Assembly: GCF_009914755.1 (NCBI RefSeq)
Contig: NC_060925.1
Length of the DNA stretch: 64,000 nucleotides
From: the human T2T-CHM13v2.0 reference genome, Homo sapiens
Direction: 5' to 3' (one strand)
Shown: positions 14,195-30,142 of the stretch, piece after piece
Position numbering within the stretch: position 1 is the first letter of the stretch
How the letters are laid out: every line of letters begins with the position of its first letter
Translations under genes and position numbers: made by a program
The notes under the pieces: model-generated
What the model saw: only the letters and a program-made list of their open reading frames with translations
What the model was told of the DNA's origin: nothing
Databases searched by the model: none

Positions 14195-15112
14195 TGATAG
14201 CAGCAGAAGGGAGACAAATTCCTAGGCAGATAGGGGTGGGTCCCTGGTGAAACCCAACCTTCAAACCAAAGACAAATTAAAGCCTGAAAACCAAGCTGCC
14301 AGTTCTAGATAAAGTCCCCAACTGCAGTGAGAACTTCCTCCATGCCTTTCAGCCAATTGAATGGTGCTTTTTGACCAATCAGCATGCACTCCCCCATTCC
14401 GAGCCCATAAAAACCCTGGACTCAGCCACACTTTGGGACTACCCACCTTTGGGTAGGGGGTACCCACTTAGGGTCCTCTTTCTGCTGAGAGCTGTTCCGT
14501 CACTCAGTAAAACTCTTCTCTGCCTTACTCAGTCTCTGATTGTCTACATAACCTCATTCTTCTCAGACACAGGACAAAATCCTGGGACCCACCAAATGGC
14601 AGGTGTGAAAAGCACTGTCACACATCTCTGACCAGCTCACTGAGCTGTGGGCAGTGACATGCTCCTGTTCACTGGACCATGGGAAAGAAGAGCTGTGATC
14701 CTTCTGGGGGCCCAGACCTCCAGGCTTCCTGAGCCAGAGCTGTGACAAAGCTATAACACCCCCTTGGGGCTTTTTCTGGTTGCTGGCATCTCTGAGTTTT
14801 TAGGTGCCACCATATTCCCCTCATCCAGCGAGGGCACTTAAGGCAGAAGCTGCCTGTGGTATGCCTAGTCCAGCTGCAGCCTCACATGAAGGAGGCATCT
14901 GTGCTGGCATCTGGAGCTGCCTGCCCAGCCCCACTGCAGCAGCCTGTGTGCCTGGCTGTGCACTGTGGTCAGACCTCACACCCACTTGCACACACACCCT
15001 TCACCATTTTACCCAGGATATGGGATCCAGGCCAGTAGCGCAAACCAAGCACGGCCTGCTGGGCTGAATGGGTGGAGCCTGGTGAAGTGGCCTCCCAAAG
15101 AATCCTGTGTCA
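14195..15112 (+). mobile_element. Solo ERV1 LTR (LTR28/LTR27/MER52 group)
   Basis: Starts TGATAGCAGCAG...gacaaattcctaggcaga, ends aatcctgtgtCA; 4-bp TSD tcag/ccag; internal CCAAT boxes, cataaaa TATA-like and agtaaa polyA-like signal. Confidence 0.8.
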
Positions 15113-15728
15113 CCAGCAAAGACTGAGTGAGGAACCTAGACTTCCTCCCTTGCCAGGCAATAATGAGGTGCCTCTTCCCCTCCTGTTGAGATGGTGCCAA
15201 AAGAGACTGAGTTCAGACTTTCATAATTTTCCTGGGTAAGGAGGCCACATGGGGAGCAGTAATGAGGTACCACTATCCCTCCCATTCAGGAAAGTATCAA
15301 TAAAGGCTTAGTGGGGAATCTGAACTCCCACCCCCTATCAAGCAATAACAAGAAACTTTCCACCCTCTCCCATCTCAAGAGTCAATAGAGGCTGAGTAGG
15401 GAACCTGGACTTCTAACCCCATCTGAAAGTAACAAAGCAGCAACCCCTTTTCTCCTGCCAGAATGGTGTCAGTAACAGCTAGCTGAAACAAAGGTGTAAA
15501 TATTATCCAGAGGCTCATAATACATAATAGCACCCAAAATGTCCAGAGTTGAATAGAAAAGTACTTACAATCAGAAACAAACAGGAAGACCTCAAAATGA
15601 ATTTTAAAAGACAATAGATGCCAAAATTGAGATGATGAAATTATCTGACAAATATTTTAAATTAGCCGCCATAAAAATGTTTCAATGAGCAATTAAGATC
15701 ACTTGAAATAAATGAAAAAATAGAGCTT

Positions 15729-15732
<4 letters not shown>

Positions 15733-15780
<48 letters not shown>
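15733..15780 (+). repeat. Poly(A) run, 48 nt
   Basis: Uninterrupted A48. Confidence 0.97.
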
Positions 15781-15785
<5 letters not shown>

Positions 15786-15853
15786 ACTTGGCAAAGAAAT
15801 AGAATAAATAAAGAAGAATCAAATAATAATTTTACAACTGAAAAATACAGTAA

Positions 15854-16148
<295 letters not shown>

Positions 16149-19130
16149 AATAACTAAAATTTTAAAAATAAAGTTCCCAACAGCAGAATGAAGGGAAGAG
16201 AAAAGAATCATTGAACTGGAAGACAGAACAACAGACTGCTGTCTGCAATCTGAACAACAGAGAGAAAACAGACTGAAGAAAAAAAATGAACAGAGTCTCC
16301 AAAACCCATGGGACTGTAATTAAAGAACTAAAATCAGGGTCCCAGAAGGAGAGAAGTTGGAAGTAAAGTTGAAGAAATTCACACCAAAACACATTATAGT
16401 CAAGCTTCTAAAATATAAACACAAAAAAAAGCTCTTGAAAGCAACAAGAAAGAAACACCTTATCTAAAAAGGAAAAATTCTGAATTATTGCAGATTTCTT
16501 ATTAGAAACCATAGAGGTCAGGAAGAAATAGCACAATATGTTTTTAAGTGCTGAAAGAAAATAATTGTCAGCCTAGATTCCTATATACAGTGAAGATATC
16601 CTTTTGGAATGAAGAAAATTTCATTCCAAGGCATTCTCAAAGGAAGAAAAACTAACAGAATGTATCAAAGGAAGAAAAACTAAGAGAATGTGTCAACAGA
16701 TGTTCTACCCTGAAATAATAGGTAAATAATGTCCTCTAAGAAAAGAAAAGAAGAGAAAGAAAGAAAAGAATGAAACTTAAAACATCAGGAAGGAAGAAAA
16801 AACACAGTAAGCAAAAGTATGGGTAAATACAATAGACGTCCTTCTCCTCATGTGTCTTCTAAATTATGCTTAATGTCTGAATCAAAAATTATATAGTTGT
16901 CAATATAGTTCTAAGTGTATATACAGAAAATATTCATGACATCATGGTACAAGCAGGGGAAGCTAAATGGACATGAAAAGACTTCTACACTTCATTTGAA
17001 CAGGTAAAATGACAGTACCAGTAGATTTTGAACAATTATTTATATATAATGCTAATACCTAGAGCAAACACTAAAAGATACACTCAAAAATATATTATTT
17101 ATTTAATAAATCAAAATAGAATTCTGAAAAATGTTCAAGAAACATACAAGAATCAGGAAAAAACAAATGAAAATTACAAACAGAGCAAACAAAACAAAAA
17201 ATTAGTAACAGATATAAGCCCTAATATGTCAATAATTACACCAAACATAAATACACCAGAACAAATTAGCAAGTAGATGAAAAACTATGACCTACGCTGC
17301 CTACAAGAAATTCAAATATTCTTACTTACAAGAAATTCAAATATTGTTACTACTTCAAATATAGTAACATAGCCCAACTGAAAATAAAAAATGAAAAATA
17401 TATACTATGCAAACATTAATCAAAGAAAAGCAAAAATGGCTGTTAATATCAGATAAAGTAGACTCCGTAACAAAGAAGTTTACCAAAGACAGAAACGAAC
17501 ATTGTATGATAGGACGGTTGATCCACAAAGAAAACACATCAGTCCTAAATATGCATAAGTCAAACAACTCAACTGAAACATACGTGAACCCAAACCTGAT
17601 AGAACTGAAAAAGCAGACAAATCCACAATTATAGATGGAGACTTAAACACCCATGTCTTAACAAACTGATAAGAAGGCCAGACAGAAAATCAACGATAAT
17701 ATAGAAGAACTCAGTAACACTATCAACCATCATTACCTATTCAACATTTACTGCACACTCCACCCAACAATGGTAGACTACACATTCTTTTATAGTGGCC
17801 ACAGAGAGTGTACCAAGATAGACCATTTTTCTGGGACATAAAATGATCTCCACAAATTCTTAAAAAATGAAATCATACAGAGTTTGTTCTCCAACCATAA
17901 TGGACTTAAACTAGAAATACATAACACAAAGAAAACAGGAAAATATCCAAACATTTGGAAACTGAACAGCACAATTCTAAATAAACCATGGGTCAAAGAT
18001 AAAGTTTCAATAGAAATGGAAACACACACAAAAAAAAGAAAAAAGAAGAAATAGAAATACATTGAACTGAAAGAAAATGGAAATAAAGATATCAAGATTT
18101 GTCGAACATAGCTAAAGAAGTGTTGAAAGACAAATTCACACCACTAAATATACACATTAAAAAGGTATCAAATTCATAGTCTATGGTCCCACCCAAAAAA
18201 TCTAGAAAAAGAAGAGCAAAGAAAACCCAAAGCAAGCATAAGAAATGAAATAAAGAGCAAAAATCAGTGAAATTGAAAAATAAATGAGAAAATCAAAGAG
18301 CCAAAGAGCTGGTTCTTTGAGAATATCAATCAATAACATCGAAAAATCTCTAACCAGACTGACAAAGAAAAGGGGAGAGAAAACACAAATTACAAATAAC
18401 TGTATACACTACAGACCCTGCCAGTATCAAAAAGATAATAGGGAATATTACAAATAATTTTACATGCATGAATTTTACAACCTTGATGAAATGGACCAGT
18501 TCCTCAAAAAAACCCACTAATTGCCATAACTTGCTCATTATGAAATACATAATTTTAAAAGCCCTGTAACTATTAACGCCATTTAATTAGTAACTTAGAA
18601 ACTCCCCCCAAAATGAATCTCTAAGCTCTGAAGGCTTCACTGAAGAATTCTACCACGTTTAAAAAATAACAAACAATAATTATACTTAATATCTTTCAGA
18701 AATTATAGGAGGAAGAGACACTTTCCTATTTATTTCATGAAGCTAGTATTTACCCTGATACAAAAACCTGACAAAAACAGCATGAAAAAAATAAAATTAA
18801 AGATCAATATCTTCCAATAATATAAATCCAAAAATCCTTAAAAATATATTGCAAATAAAATTCAGCAATATATAAAAATAATTATATACCATGACAATGT
18901 GGGTTTATTCCAGGGATGCAAGACTGGTTCAATGCACAGAAATCAGTCAGTATAAGCCACCATACTCACATGGGAAAGAAGAAAAATCACATATGCATGT
19001 AGATAAACACAGAAAAAGCAAATGACAAGACCCAATACTATTCATGATTTAAAAAAAAAAACTCTCAGAAAAATAGAATTAGATGCAAATTTCCTCACTT
19101 GATAAAGATCATCTATAAAAACCTACAGCT

Positions 19131-19438
19131 GGCCAGGCACAGTGGCTCATGCCTGTAATCCCAGCACTTTGGGAGGCCGAGGTGGGCAGATCACGAGGTC
19201 TGGAGATCGAGACCATCCTGGCTAACACGGTGAAACCCCATCTCTACTAAAAATACAAAAAAATTAGCCAGGTTTGGTGGCGGGCGCCTGTAATCCCAGC
19301 TACTGGGGAGGCTGAGGCAGGAGAATGGGTGAACCCGGGAGGCGGAGCTTGCAGTGAGCCGAGATCATGCCACTGCACTCCAGCCTGGGCGACAGAGCAA
19401 GACTCCGTCACAAAAAATAAAAATAAAAAAATAAAATG
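19131..19438 (+). mobile_element. AluY
   Basis: gaccatcctggctaacacggtg and ggagcttgcagtgagc diagnostics; 12-bp TSD aaaacctacagc (19118-19129, 19439-19450). Confidence 0.95.
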
Positions 19439-19539
19439 AAAACCTACAGCAACACTGTACTTAATGGTGAAAAATTGAATTACTTCCCCATAAGATTGGG
19501 AAAGCTGCAAGGATGTCCACTTTAGCTGCTCTTAATCTC

Positions 19540-20900
19540 TTTATTTTTTATCTTTTAAGTTCAGGGGTACATACGCAGACTTGTCATATAGGTAAACTTG
19601 TGTCATGAGGGCTTGTTGTATAGATTATATCATCATCCAGGTATTAAGCCTAGTACCCATTAGCTATTTTTCCTGATCCTCTCCCTCTTCTTACCCTCCA
19701 CCCTCTGATAGGTCCCAGTGTGCGTTTTTCCCGTGTCCATGTGGTCTCATCATTTGCCTCCCACTTATAAGTGAGAATATGAGGTATTTGGTTTTCTGCT
19801 TCTGTGTTAGTTTGCTGAGGATAATGGTTTCCAGCTCCATCCATGTTTCTGCAAAGGATATGATTTCATTCTTTTTATGGCTTCATAGTATTCCATGGTG
19901 TATATGTACCACATTTTCTTTATCCAGCCCAACACTGATGGTATCCATGTCTTTGCTACTGTGAATAGTGCTGCAATGAACATACACATGCATGTGTCTT
20001 TAGGACAGAGCGATTTATATTCCTTTGGGTATATACTCAGTAATGGAACTGCTGTGTCCAATGGTATTTCTGTTTTTAGGTCTTTGAAGAATTGCCACAC
20101 TGATTTCCATATGGTTGAACTAATTTACACTTCCACCAACAGTGTATAAGCATTCCTTTTTCTCTGCAACTTCCCAGCATCTGTTATTCTTTGACTTTTT
20201 AGTAATAGCCATTCTGACTAGTGTGAGATGGTACTTCACTGTGGTTTTGATTTGCATTTCTCTAATAATTGATGATGCTGAGCATTTCTTTTATCATACG
20301 CTTGGCTGCATGTATGTATTCTTTTGAAAAGTGTCTGTTCATGTCCTTTGCCCACTTTTTAATGGGGTTGTTTTTCTCTTGTAAATTTGTTTCAGTTCCT
20401 TATAGATGCTGGATATTAGACCTTTGTCAGATGCATAGTTTGTAAAAATTTTCTTCCATTCTGTAGGTTGTCTGTTTACTCTGTGGATAGTTTCTTTTGC
20501 TGTGCAGAAACTCTTCAGTTTAGTTAGATTCCATTTGTCAATTTTTGCTTTTGTTGCAATTGCTTTTGATGTCTTCATCATGAAATCTTTGTCTGTTCCT
20601 ATATCAAAATGGTATTGCCTAGGTTGTCTTCCAGGGTTTTTATAGTTTTGGGTTTTACGTTTAAGTCTTTAATTCAACTTGAGTTAATATTTGCATATGG
20701 TGTAAGGAAGGGGTCCAGTTTCAATTTCTGCATATGGCTAGCCAGTTATGCCAGCACCATTTATTGAACAGGGAATCTGTCCCTCATTGCTTGTTTTTGT
20801 CAGGTTGTAGGTGTGTGGCCTTATTTCTGGGTTTTCTATTCTGTTCCATTGGTCTATGTGTCTGTTTTTGTACCTGTACTATACTGTTTTAGTTACTGTA
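19540..20900 (-). mobile_element. L1PA (old, ~L1PA13-like) 5'-truncated 3' end
   Basis: Antisense L1PA 3'UTR plus ORF2 C-terminus ([28 protein letters not shown] 20339-20581). Confidence 0.9.
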
Positions 20901-21849
20901 GTCTATCACTGATGGGCATTTAGGCTTATCAGATTGAGGACATTCTTTTATCCTAGTTTGTTTAATGTTTTTTATCACAACGTAGTGTTGTATTTTGCAA
21001 AATGATTTTTCTGGATCAATTGAAATGGTCAAGTGTGGTTTTCTCCCATACTATTAATATAATCTATCATATTAATTGATTGTTATGTGTTAAACCACCC
21101 TAGCATTCTCATCTGGTCACAGTGTATAATCCTAATAAGGTGTTGAATTTGGTTTGATAGTATTTTTTGAGGATTTCTGCATCTACATTCATAAGAAAAA
21201 TTGGTCTGAATTTTTCTTCTCTCATGATGACACTCTCTGGCTTTGGTGTCAGGATGATACTGGCCCCACAGAATGAGTTAGGAATCGTTCCTTTCTTCAG
21301 TATATTTTGAAAGATTTGAGAATAATTGGTGTTAATTCTTCTTTCAACATTTTATACAATTCATCAGTGAAGTCAACTGGTCCTGGGCTTTTTCTTTGTA
21401 GGGAGTTTTTTAAAAAATTACTGATTAATTCTTTTTATTATACTTGTTATATAGTCTATTTAGATGTTCTGTTTATTCTTCAGTCAGCTTTGGTAGTTTG
21501 TATGTCTTTAGGAATTTCTCCATTTCATCTAGGTTACCTAATTTGTTGAAATACAAGGGGTCGTAGAATTCTCTTATAGTTCCTTTTAATTATGTAAGGC
21601 TAGTAATAATGTCCTCACTTTTATTAGCAATTATAGTACGTTGAGTCTTGTTTTTAACTTGGCCATTCTAGCTAAAGGTTTGTCAATTTATGTTTTCAAA
21701 AAACAAACTTTTGATTTTATTTATTCTGTCATTTTTCTACTCTTCATTTTCATTGATCCCTAGTCTAATCATTCTGTCTGCTTGCTTTGGATTTTGTACA
21801 CTCTTCTTTTTCTAGTTCTTTAGGTGATTTATTTGAGATCTTTAAAAAA

Positions 21850-21970
21850 TTTTTTTTGAGAAGAGGTCTCACTATGTTGCCCAGGCTGGTCATGAATTCC
21901 TGACCTCAAGCAATCCTCCTGCCTCAGCCTCTGAGTAGCTAGGATTACAGGCACAGGCCACCATACCTGG
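21850..21970 (-). mobile_element. Alu monomer (FLAM_C-like)
   Basis: gtctcactatgttgcccaggctggtc...ccatacctgg single arm. Confidence 0.85.
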
Positions 21971-21981
21971 TAATATCTTTC

Positions 21982-22297
21982 TTATTATTATTATTATTAT
22001 TTTTAGAGGCAGGGTCTTGCCCCTGTCACCCAAGCTAGAGTGCAGTGGTGTGATCATAGCTCACTGAAGTCTCTAACTTCTAGGCTCAAGCAATCCTCTA
22101 ACCTCAGCCTCTTCAGTAGCTAAAACTACAGGTGTGCACCACCATATCCAACTAATTTAAAAAAAATTTTTTGAAGAGACCCATCTATCACTATGTTGCC
22201 CAGGCTGGTGGTATTAAACTTTTGACCTCGAGTGATCATTCTGTCTTGGTCTCCCAAAGTGCTGCAGTTATAGGCATGAACACCACCATGTCTGGCC
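21982..22297 (-). mobile_element. AluJ
   Basis: gtgtgatcatagctcactg, ctcaagcaatcctc; (TTA)n tail. Confidence 0.9.
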
Positions 22298-22644
22298 TTA
22301 TTTTAAAGATCTAGGCATTTACAGCTATGAATTTTCCTCTGAGAACTGCTTTTCCTACCTTCCATAAGTTTTAATAAATTATATTTTATTTTCATTCATC
22401 TTGAAGTAGTTTTTAATTTTCTTTGAGATTTCTTCTTAGAACCATTGGTTGTGTGTTTTAATTTATATATATTTGGAAAATTTCCAAATTTGCTCTTGCT
22501 ATTAATTTTCTATTTTATTCTATTGTGGCCGGAGAACATTCTTTGTATAATTTCAGTTTTTAAAAACTTATCGAGGATTGTTCTATGGTCTAGTAGATGG
22601 TCCATTGTGGAGAATAGTTTATGTACGCTTGAAAAGAATGTGTA

Positions 22645-24072
<1,428 letters not shown>

Positions 24073-24116
<44 letters not shown>
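24073..24116. repeat. (AC)22 microsatellite
   Basis: Perfect dinucleotide run. Confidence 0.95.
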
Positions 24117-24118
<2 letters not shown>

Positions 24119-27100
24119 CAGAAAAGAAATCTCCATTGCAAATAGCAGGCCTGAACATAGTGACTACCATGCATTCATCTACAATTTGTATCTCTGATTC
24201 TAACGTGCTTACACCTTAAATTAGTATTATTTCTTCCATTTCAGCAAGAAAAATCCAAGACTACTCAATATTTTAAATACAGAATATGAACTTCAACTAT
24301 TCATTCAGTGGAAAGTCATAAATATTTAGGGGGTGAAAAGTGTTTCTTCTCTTTCTGCAAATGCAACTAATAAAAATAGTAATAAAAAATCCAAGTTGCT
24401 TGCTGTTGGGCAAAAAGTCAGCCAACTGGGAAATTGAATAAATGAAGAGGCAGACAGTTTTAAGTGATTCATAAAGATTAAATTATCAGAGTACTGCTGA
24501 GTTTTCCCCCAAGTTTAATTTGACTGATTTAAGGTTTCGACTTCTGGCTGTTACATTCTTCTGGTAAAAGGGGAGGTCCAATGCCATTTATTTGAGTGTT
24601 TTATTTAGAGTTGTGAGTGAAACTTCTCCTGGGGATGAAGACATGTTTATTTCATTCATAAGTTACCTGTGGTGTATACAGGATTTGGATCAAGATGAAC
24701 CGGGCTTTTGACATGCATTTCCCCATATAGCAAAAAGAAACTATGATCTTTAGCAATGGAACTGCAGTAATTTGTGCAGTGACACACTCAGCTGTGATGA
24801 GTTAAGTCAGGACCTTCAGTTTTTGTAGCCACTTGTCTCGGGAGAGGCAGCAACTTGAGAAGACACATTCTCTGAACACAATGCCCATTATACCCGGTGC
24901 AGTTTTCTAGTTGAGGGATTTGGCGTTAATAAAATCACACAGCAACGTTTCTTGCTCAGACGGACCTCACTTTTCCTTTGCTATTTCCTTCACTCCTAAA
25001 AGTGTAACACTGTACTTCGCTCACTTTAAATCTTAAAATCTATTACCAAATCAAATCCAACTAAAATTACACTTCTTATTCTACAATCATCTTGAGACAC
25101 CTTGTCAAATCATTTACACCTTGACTAAACTTATAAATGAAGAAATTTATTATATGCAAGTTTGACATCTCATGTTTGCATTTTTATGATATGGTACCCC
25201 ATGTAAAATAATTTGGCTTGGAAACACTGCACTAATGACAAGGTGAGGGGAAGGGGAGTGCCCAAGAACAAGTCTGCAGCTGTAAGTCAACAAACATGAT
25301 TTCTGGTTTTTCATTTGATTTATGATTTATTAAATTATTTGAGGGGTGTAAAGGAGGATCACCTCATTATTCTGACCCCTAGTTTTCTGAATGTCTAAAA
25401 TAGCAAATAAACATAGCATAGGGCTTTTGGTAGGAAATTAAAACACAGAGCCACATCTATGACTGCCTACTGCAAAACTAAACAGGTAGTCACTTTAGCC
25501 TTGTAACAGACCAGTCACCCAAGGGAAGGATAAGTGACAAAGAATGAATAGGAAATAGTTCTATGTCACTGCATCAGTACATCTGGGTATAGATTTTATT
25601 TTGGTGGGGGGAAGGAATAGTATTTTTCATTCTGACAATATTTTACATTTGTTTTTAAATTAGATTTTTCAAATACTAAGATTGTGTCAAATCTTGACTC
25701 CAGGAGCACAGGGACAAAATTTGACAGAAAATGAGTTCACTCATCTCTCCTCAACCCTCACCGGTGTTTTCCTAAAACAGCCTCTTGGAAAACAGGGAAA
25801 AACACCCTCAGAAGCCTTCCCCAGTGGCTCCTGTTTACCAGTGATAACGTTAACTATCAAGTGAGTGCTCTACTATTCTGCACTACTCCTAAAATTAGGC
25901 TTTTTGAAACTTTTCCTACCCAAACAACTTTCTTTAACATCTACTAAGATCTCTCTTTCCTTCCTTTCTCCCAAGTCTGTCCTATGCCTCTCTCACAAAG
26001 TCTTCCCTGACTACAGGCAAATAAGCTCCAACTACGCAACCTCTAAAGCCAATAATAATCAATTTAGAAAGCACCCTACTAAGATATTACAAAATATAAA
26101 AAGAAATATAAATATTAAATTGCCCTTATTTTTACTGGGTAATTTTTTTCTAATTCTCATGTATATAATTATTTTGACTTTACTGGCCACTTTTCATTTA
26201 AAAAATCATGAAAGGGAGCATCTATTTAGTTTACAGGGAGAGCCAAACACAGCAATCCACAGGTGAAAGAGCATTATAAGCCCTATGGAGTGGAGATGAT
26301 GACAGAATGCTTCCAAAGTGACAAGAAAAATTAGAGAATGGTTTTGTATATTCACATTATATATTAATTCCACTCATGAATCAAGAGCACTGTGTACCAA
26401 GAAGCAGCAACTCTATGTAAGGCCTGGGCAAGGTCTTTGCTTTCAATAAAGTAGGATTAGAGTCAGTCTTAGAAACATGCTCAGAGTCACAAGATTAAAC
26501 AAGCACATGGCTATCAGAATCCTACAGAATGAGTCTCACAGAGCCTCAAATGCAAAAGCCTCCCAGTACCTACAGTGGTCTGCTGTTATAACAAAGAATG
26601 AGAACACACCGTGGAGTGTCCTGTGACAGTCACTTGGAGTATTGGCCGATCTCAGGGAAGACGTTTTAATTAGAAATGCTCAGGATTCTTGGCCTTGGGG
26701 ATTAAACCCTCACTGTCCAGATGTTTCAAATCTGCCTAAGAAATCTCCTGCATCATATTTATTTGAGCCACGTAGTAAAACAGTTTAAGACAATGTAAAT
26801 TTAAAAGCTGCATATGTCCTGCCTTTCTTTGTTTAGAATAAATCAGTTCCATCTCTAACACTTTCCTAAAAGCTGGACAAACTAAGGATCCTCCTCTCAC
26901 TTGCTATAGTGATTTAGAACAGGGTTCTGCCCTCCTGCTGTACAAGGCTTACACTCCCTGCGACCATCCATCTACCTGAATCACTCACAAAGCCTCGCTC
27001 CTGGGTGACCTTGAAGCATCAGCAGCAGCAGACAGCTGGGAAGCAGCTGGCACGTTCAACGCTTCCCTGCAGTCGCATGGTCGGCTACACTATTCTGCAC

Positions 27101-27620
27101 TTTTCAAATACTTTAACTGCTCAGCAAAAACTAACAGGACCCTGAGTAAAATTATGCACAACAGCACAATGCATAATAAGCTCAAAGCAATGCTGTTTGA
27201 GAAATTCAACATACTGGACTTCCTCAAAAGCATCAGTTTTCTGGAATATATGTGTATAATAGTTCATTTCCATACCTCACGTGTCAAACCTTACATGCAA
27301 GAGTTTCTTCATCCGTCAGCAAAACAGTGGGATGGGGTCAAGTTCATAATTTGGCTTCTCAGAAGTAACAGCATTCAGACACAAATTCTAGGTGAGGAAA
27401 TCTGAGGCAGAGAAGGGAAGTGGAAGGACCAGCCTAAGTCACAGGGCACCTTGGTGATTGGGCAAGGGGAGCTTAAAGCTCTTTTGTCTGCCACTCAGCC
27501 CTGGAGGTACAATAGGGGATGGATGCCAGCACCTTCTCTGGCATTCTAGGCTACTTAGTGACACAGAATTATGGCAATAAAGGTATGCTTTTGCGCCATC
27601 ACTCTCTAAAACTAAAAGGT

Positions 27621-28330
<710 letters not shown>

Positions 28331-28762
28331 GCTTCACACCTTTTCTTTCTCTGGCTTTGGCCCTCTTGACCATAGTCTCACGAACTTGTTTGTTTCCCAC
28401 TTGCCTGTGCCCTAATGTAAGTCTTCCCAGAGTGAAATGAAATAGGAGGCAGGCACTACCCTGCTGTCTGTTCCCAGGTTTGTCCCATATGTCCCCAGCC
28501 AGTTGGGTGAGATTTATTGACTTCAAACTTCGATCTCTTTTCCAGTACCTCAGTCCATCTTGACATTTCTATGTTATCATACATAACTATGATTTTTTGG
28601 GGGGGCTGGTTTCTCCTTATTTCTATTTCTTTTGGAAAGTTCAAGAGTTGGTCCATATTCCTACTTGGGCCATACCTGTCAATCCCAGTACCTGCTGTCT
28701 CCCCAAACACGGTCCTGTAGTAGCTAAACCATGTTAATGCTGAAACAAGTCATTTTCATCCA

Positions 28763-28763
28763 T

Positions 28764-28808
<45 letters not shown>
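28763..28808. repeat. Imperfect (CA)n microsatellite
   Basis: CA run with one aa interruption. Confidence 0.9.
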
Positions 28809-28810
<2 letters not shown>

Positions 28811-28819
28811 CACGCATCT

Positions 28820-29191
28820 TGTCTTAGTCACTTTAGGCTGCTCTTTAAAAAATACCATAAACCAGGTGGCTTATAAACAACAGAAATATGTTGCTCCAGT
28901 TCTGGAGGCTGGAAGTCCGAGATGAGGGTGTCAGCATGCTCAGGTTCTATTAAGGGCCTCTTCCAGGTTGCAGAATGCCAAACTCTCACTGTATCCTCCC
29001 ATGGAGGAAAAAGGGGCTAGAGAGCTCTCTGGGGTCCCTTTTATGAGGGCACTAATTCCATGCATAAGAGCTTCACTCTTATGACCTAATCACCTCCTGA
29101 AGGCCCCACCTCCTAATACCATCGCACTGTGGGTCAGCATTTCAACCTATGAATCTGGGGGAGAAGGGACCCAAACATTCAGTCCACTGCA
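28820..29191 (-). mobile_element. MaLR solo LTR (MLT1A0-like)
   Basis: tgtcttagtc...ggtggcttataaacaacagaaat...ttctggaggctggaagtcc...cctaatcacctcc...aaacattcagtccactgca. Confidence 0.85.
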
Positions 29192-29444
29192 ATCCTCAAA
29201 GTGAATCTCATGCATTTTCATATTTCCCAAAACTTTCATTTGTGTATCCATCTGGACAACTCTGAGTTCTGCCTGGGGAGGAAGATTCCTGAAGACTCCC
29301 TGTTAGCTCCCAGTTAAAATAAGAGCATTTGAAAATCCCTTTCCCAGATGTGTGAAGTTATTTAACACCCTAGAAAATCAAGGGCAGGTCATAGCCTCAA
29401 ATAGGGATTTCTCAAATCACCCATTTAAAAAGCTACCACATCTG

Positions 29445-29752
29445 GGCCGGGTGTGGTGGCTCATGCCTGTAATTCCAGCACTTTTGGAGGCCGAGGCGGG
29501 TGGATCACGAGGTCAGGAGTTCAAGACCAGCCTGGCCAAGATGATGAAACCCCATCTCTATTAAAAATACAAAAATTAGCCAGGCATGATGGCAGGTGCC
29601 TGTAATCCCAGCTATTTGGGAGGCTGAGGCAGAGAATTGCTCAAACCTGGGAGGCGGAGGTTGTAGTGAGCCGAGATCACGCCACTGCACTCCAGCCTGG
29701 GCTGTAAAGTGAGACTCCATCTCAAAAATAAAAAAATAAAAATAAATAAAAA
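29445..29752 (+). mobile_element. AluS (Sg-like)
   Basis: Full Alu with A-rich tail. Confidence 0.95.
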
Positions 29753-30142
29753 GTTGCATCTGTATTAATTAGCTCAACCCCCTTTCTGGGCCTGAGACTG
29801 TATTCAGAACCTCGGATGGTCACTTGTTGTCCATGAGGATCATCGAGGCTTCATTCCTGTTCTTATGCATCCCTGCTTAGCGTCTGGAGCTGTAAGAACC
29901 AGGCCGGGGCCATGGAGAAGCATCAGGAAGCCTCTCTTCAGGAAAAGGAAAAGACAAACATGCAAGCTGATGACTTGCAAAGTGGCCACTCACCACGCTT
30001 TCTTGCAGCCTGAAGACAGGGACTCCATTCTTTTGAGCTATAAATGTTTTGTGGTCCAGTGATGAGTATGAAAACTCAAAGCTCAGCCTAATGATTCTAA
30101 GGGTGGTCTTGGCAAGCTGCATTGCTTCTGACCTGCAGTGGT

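Larger units (their letters stand above)
20925..22640 (-). mobile_element. Old L1M ORF2 fragment (antisense), interrupted by Alus
   Basis: Antisense ORF2 EN/RT text (atttcatctaggttacctaatttg; ctagctaaaggtttgtcaatttt; gaaaagaatgtgta). Confidence 0.8.

Noticed and set aside
17028-20581. Endonuclease/reverse-transcriptase-like ORF fragments
   Set aside because: Decayed L1 ORF1/ORF2 with many stops and frameshifts; not an intact or novel retro-system.
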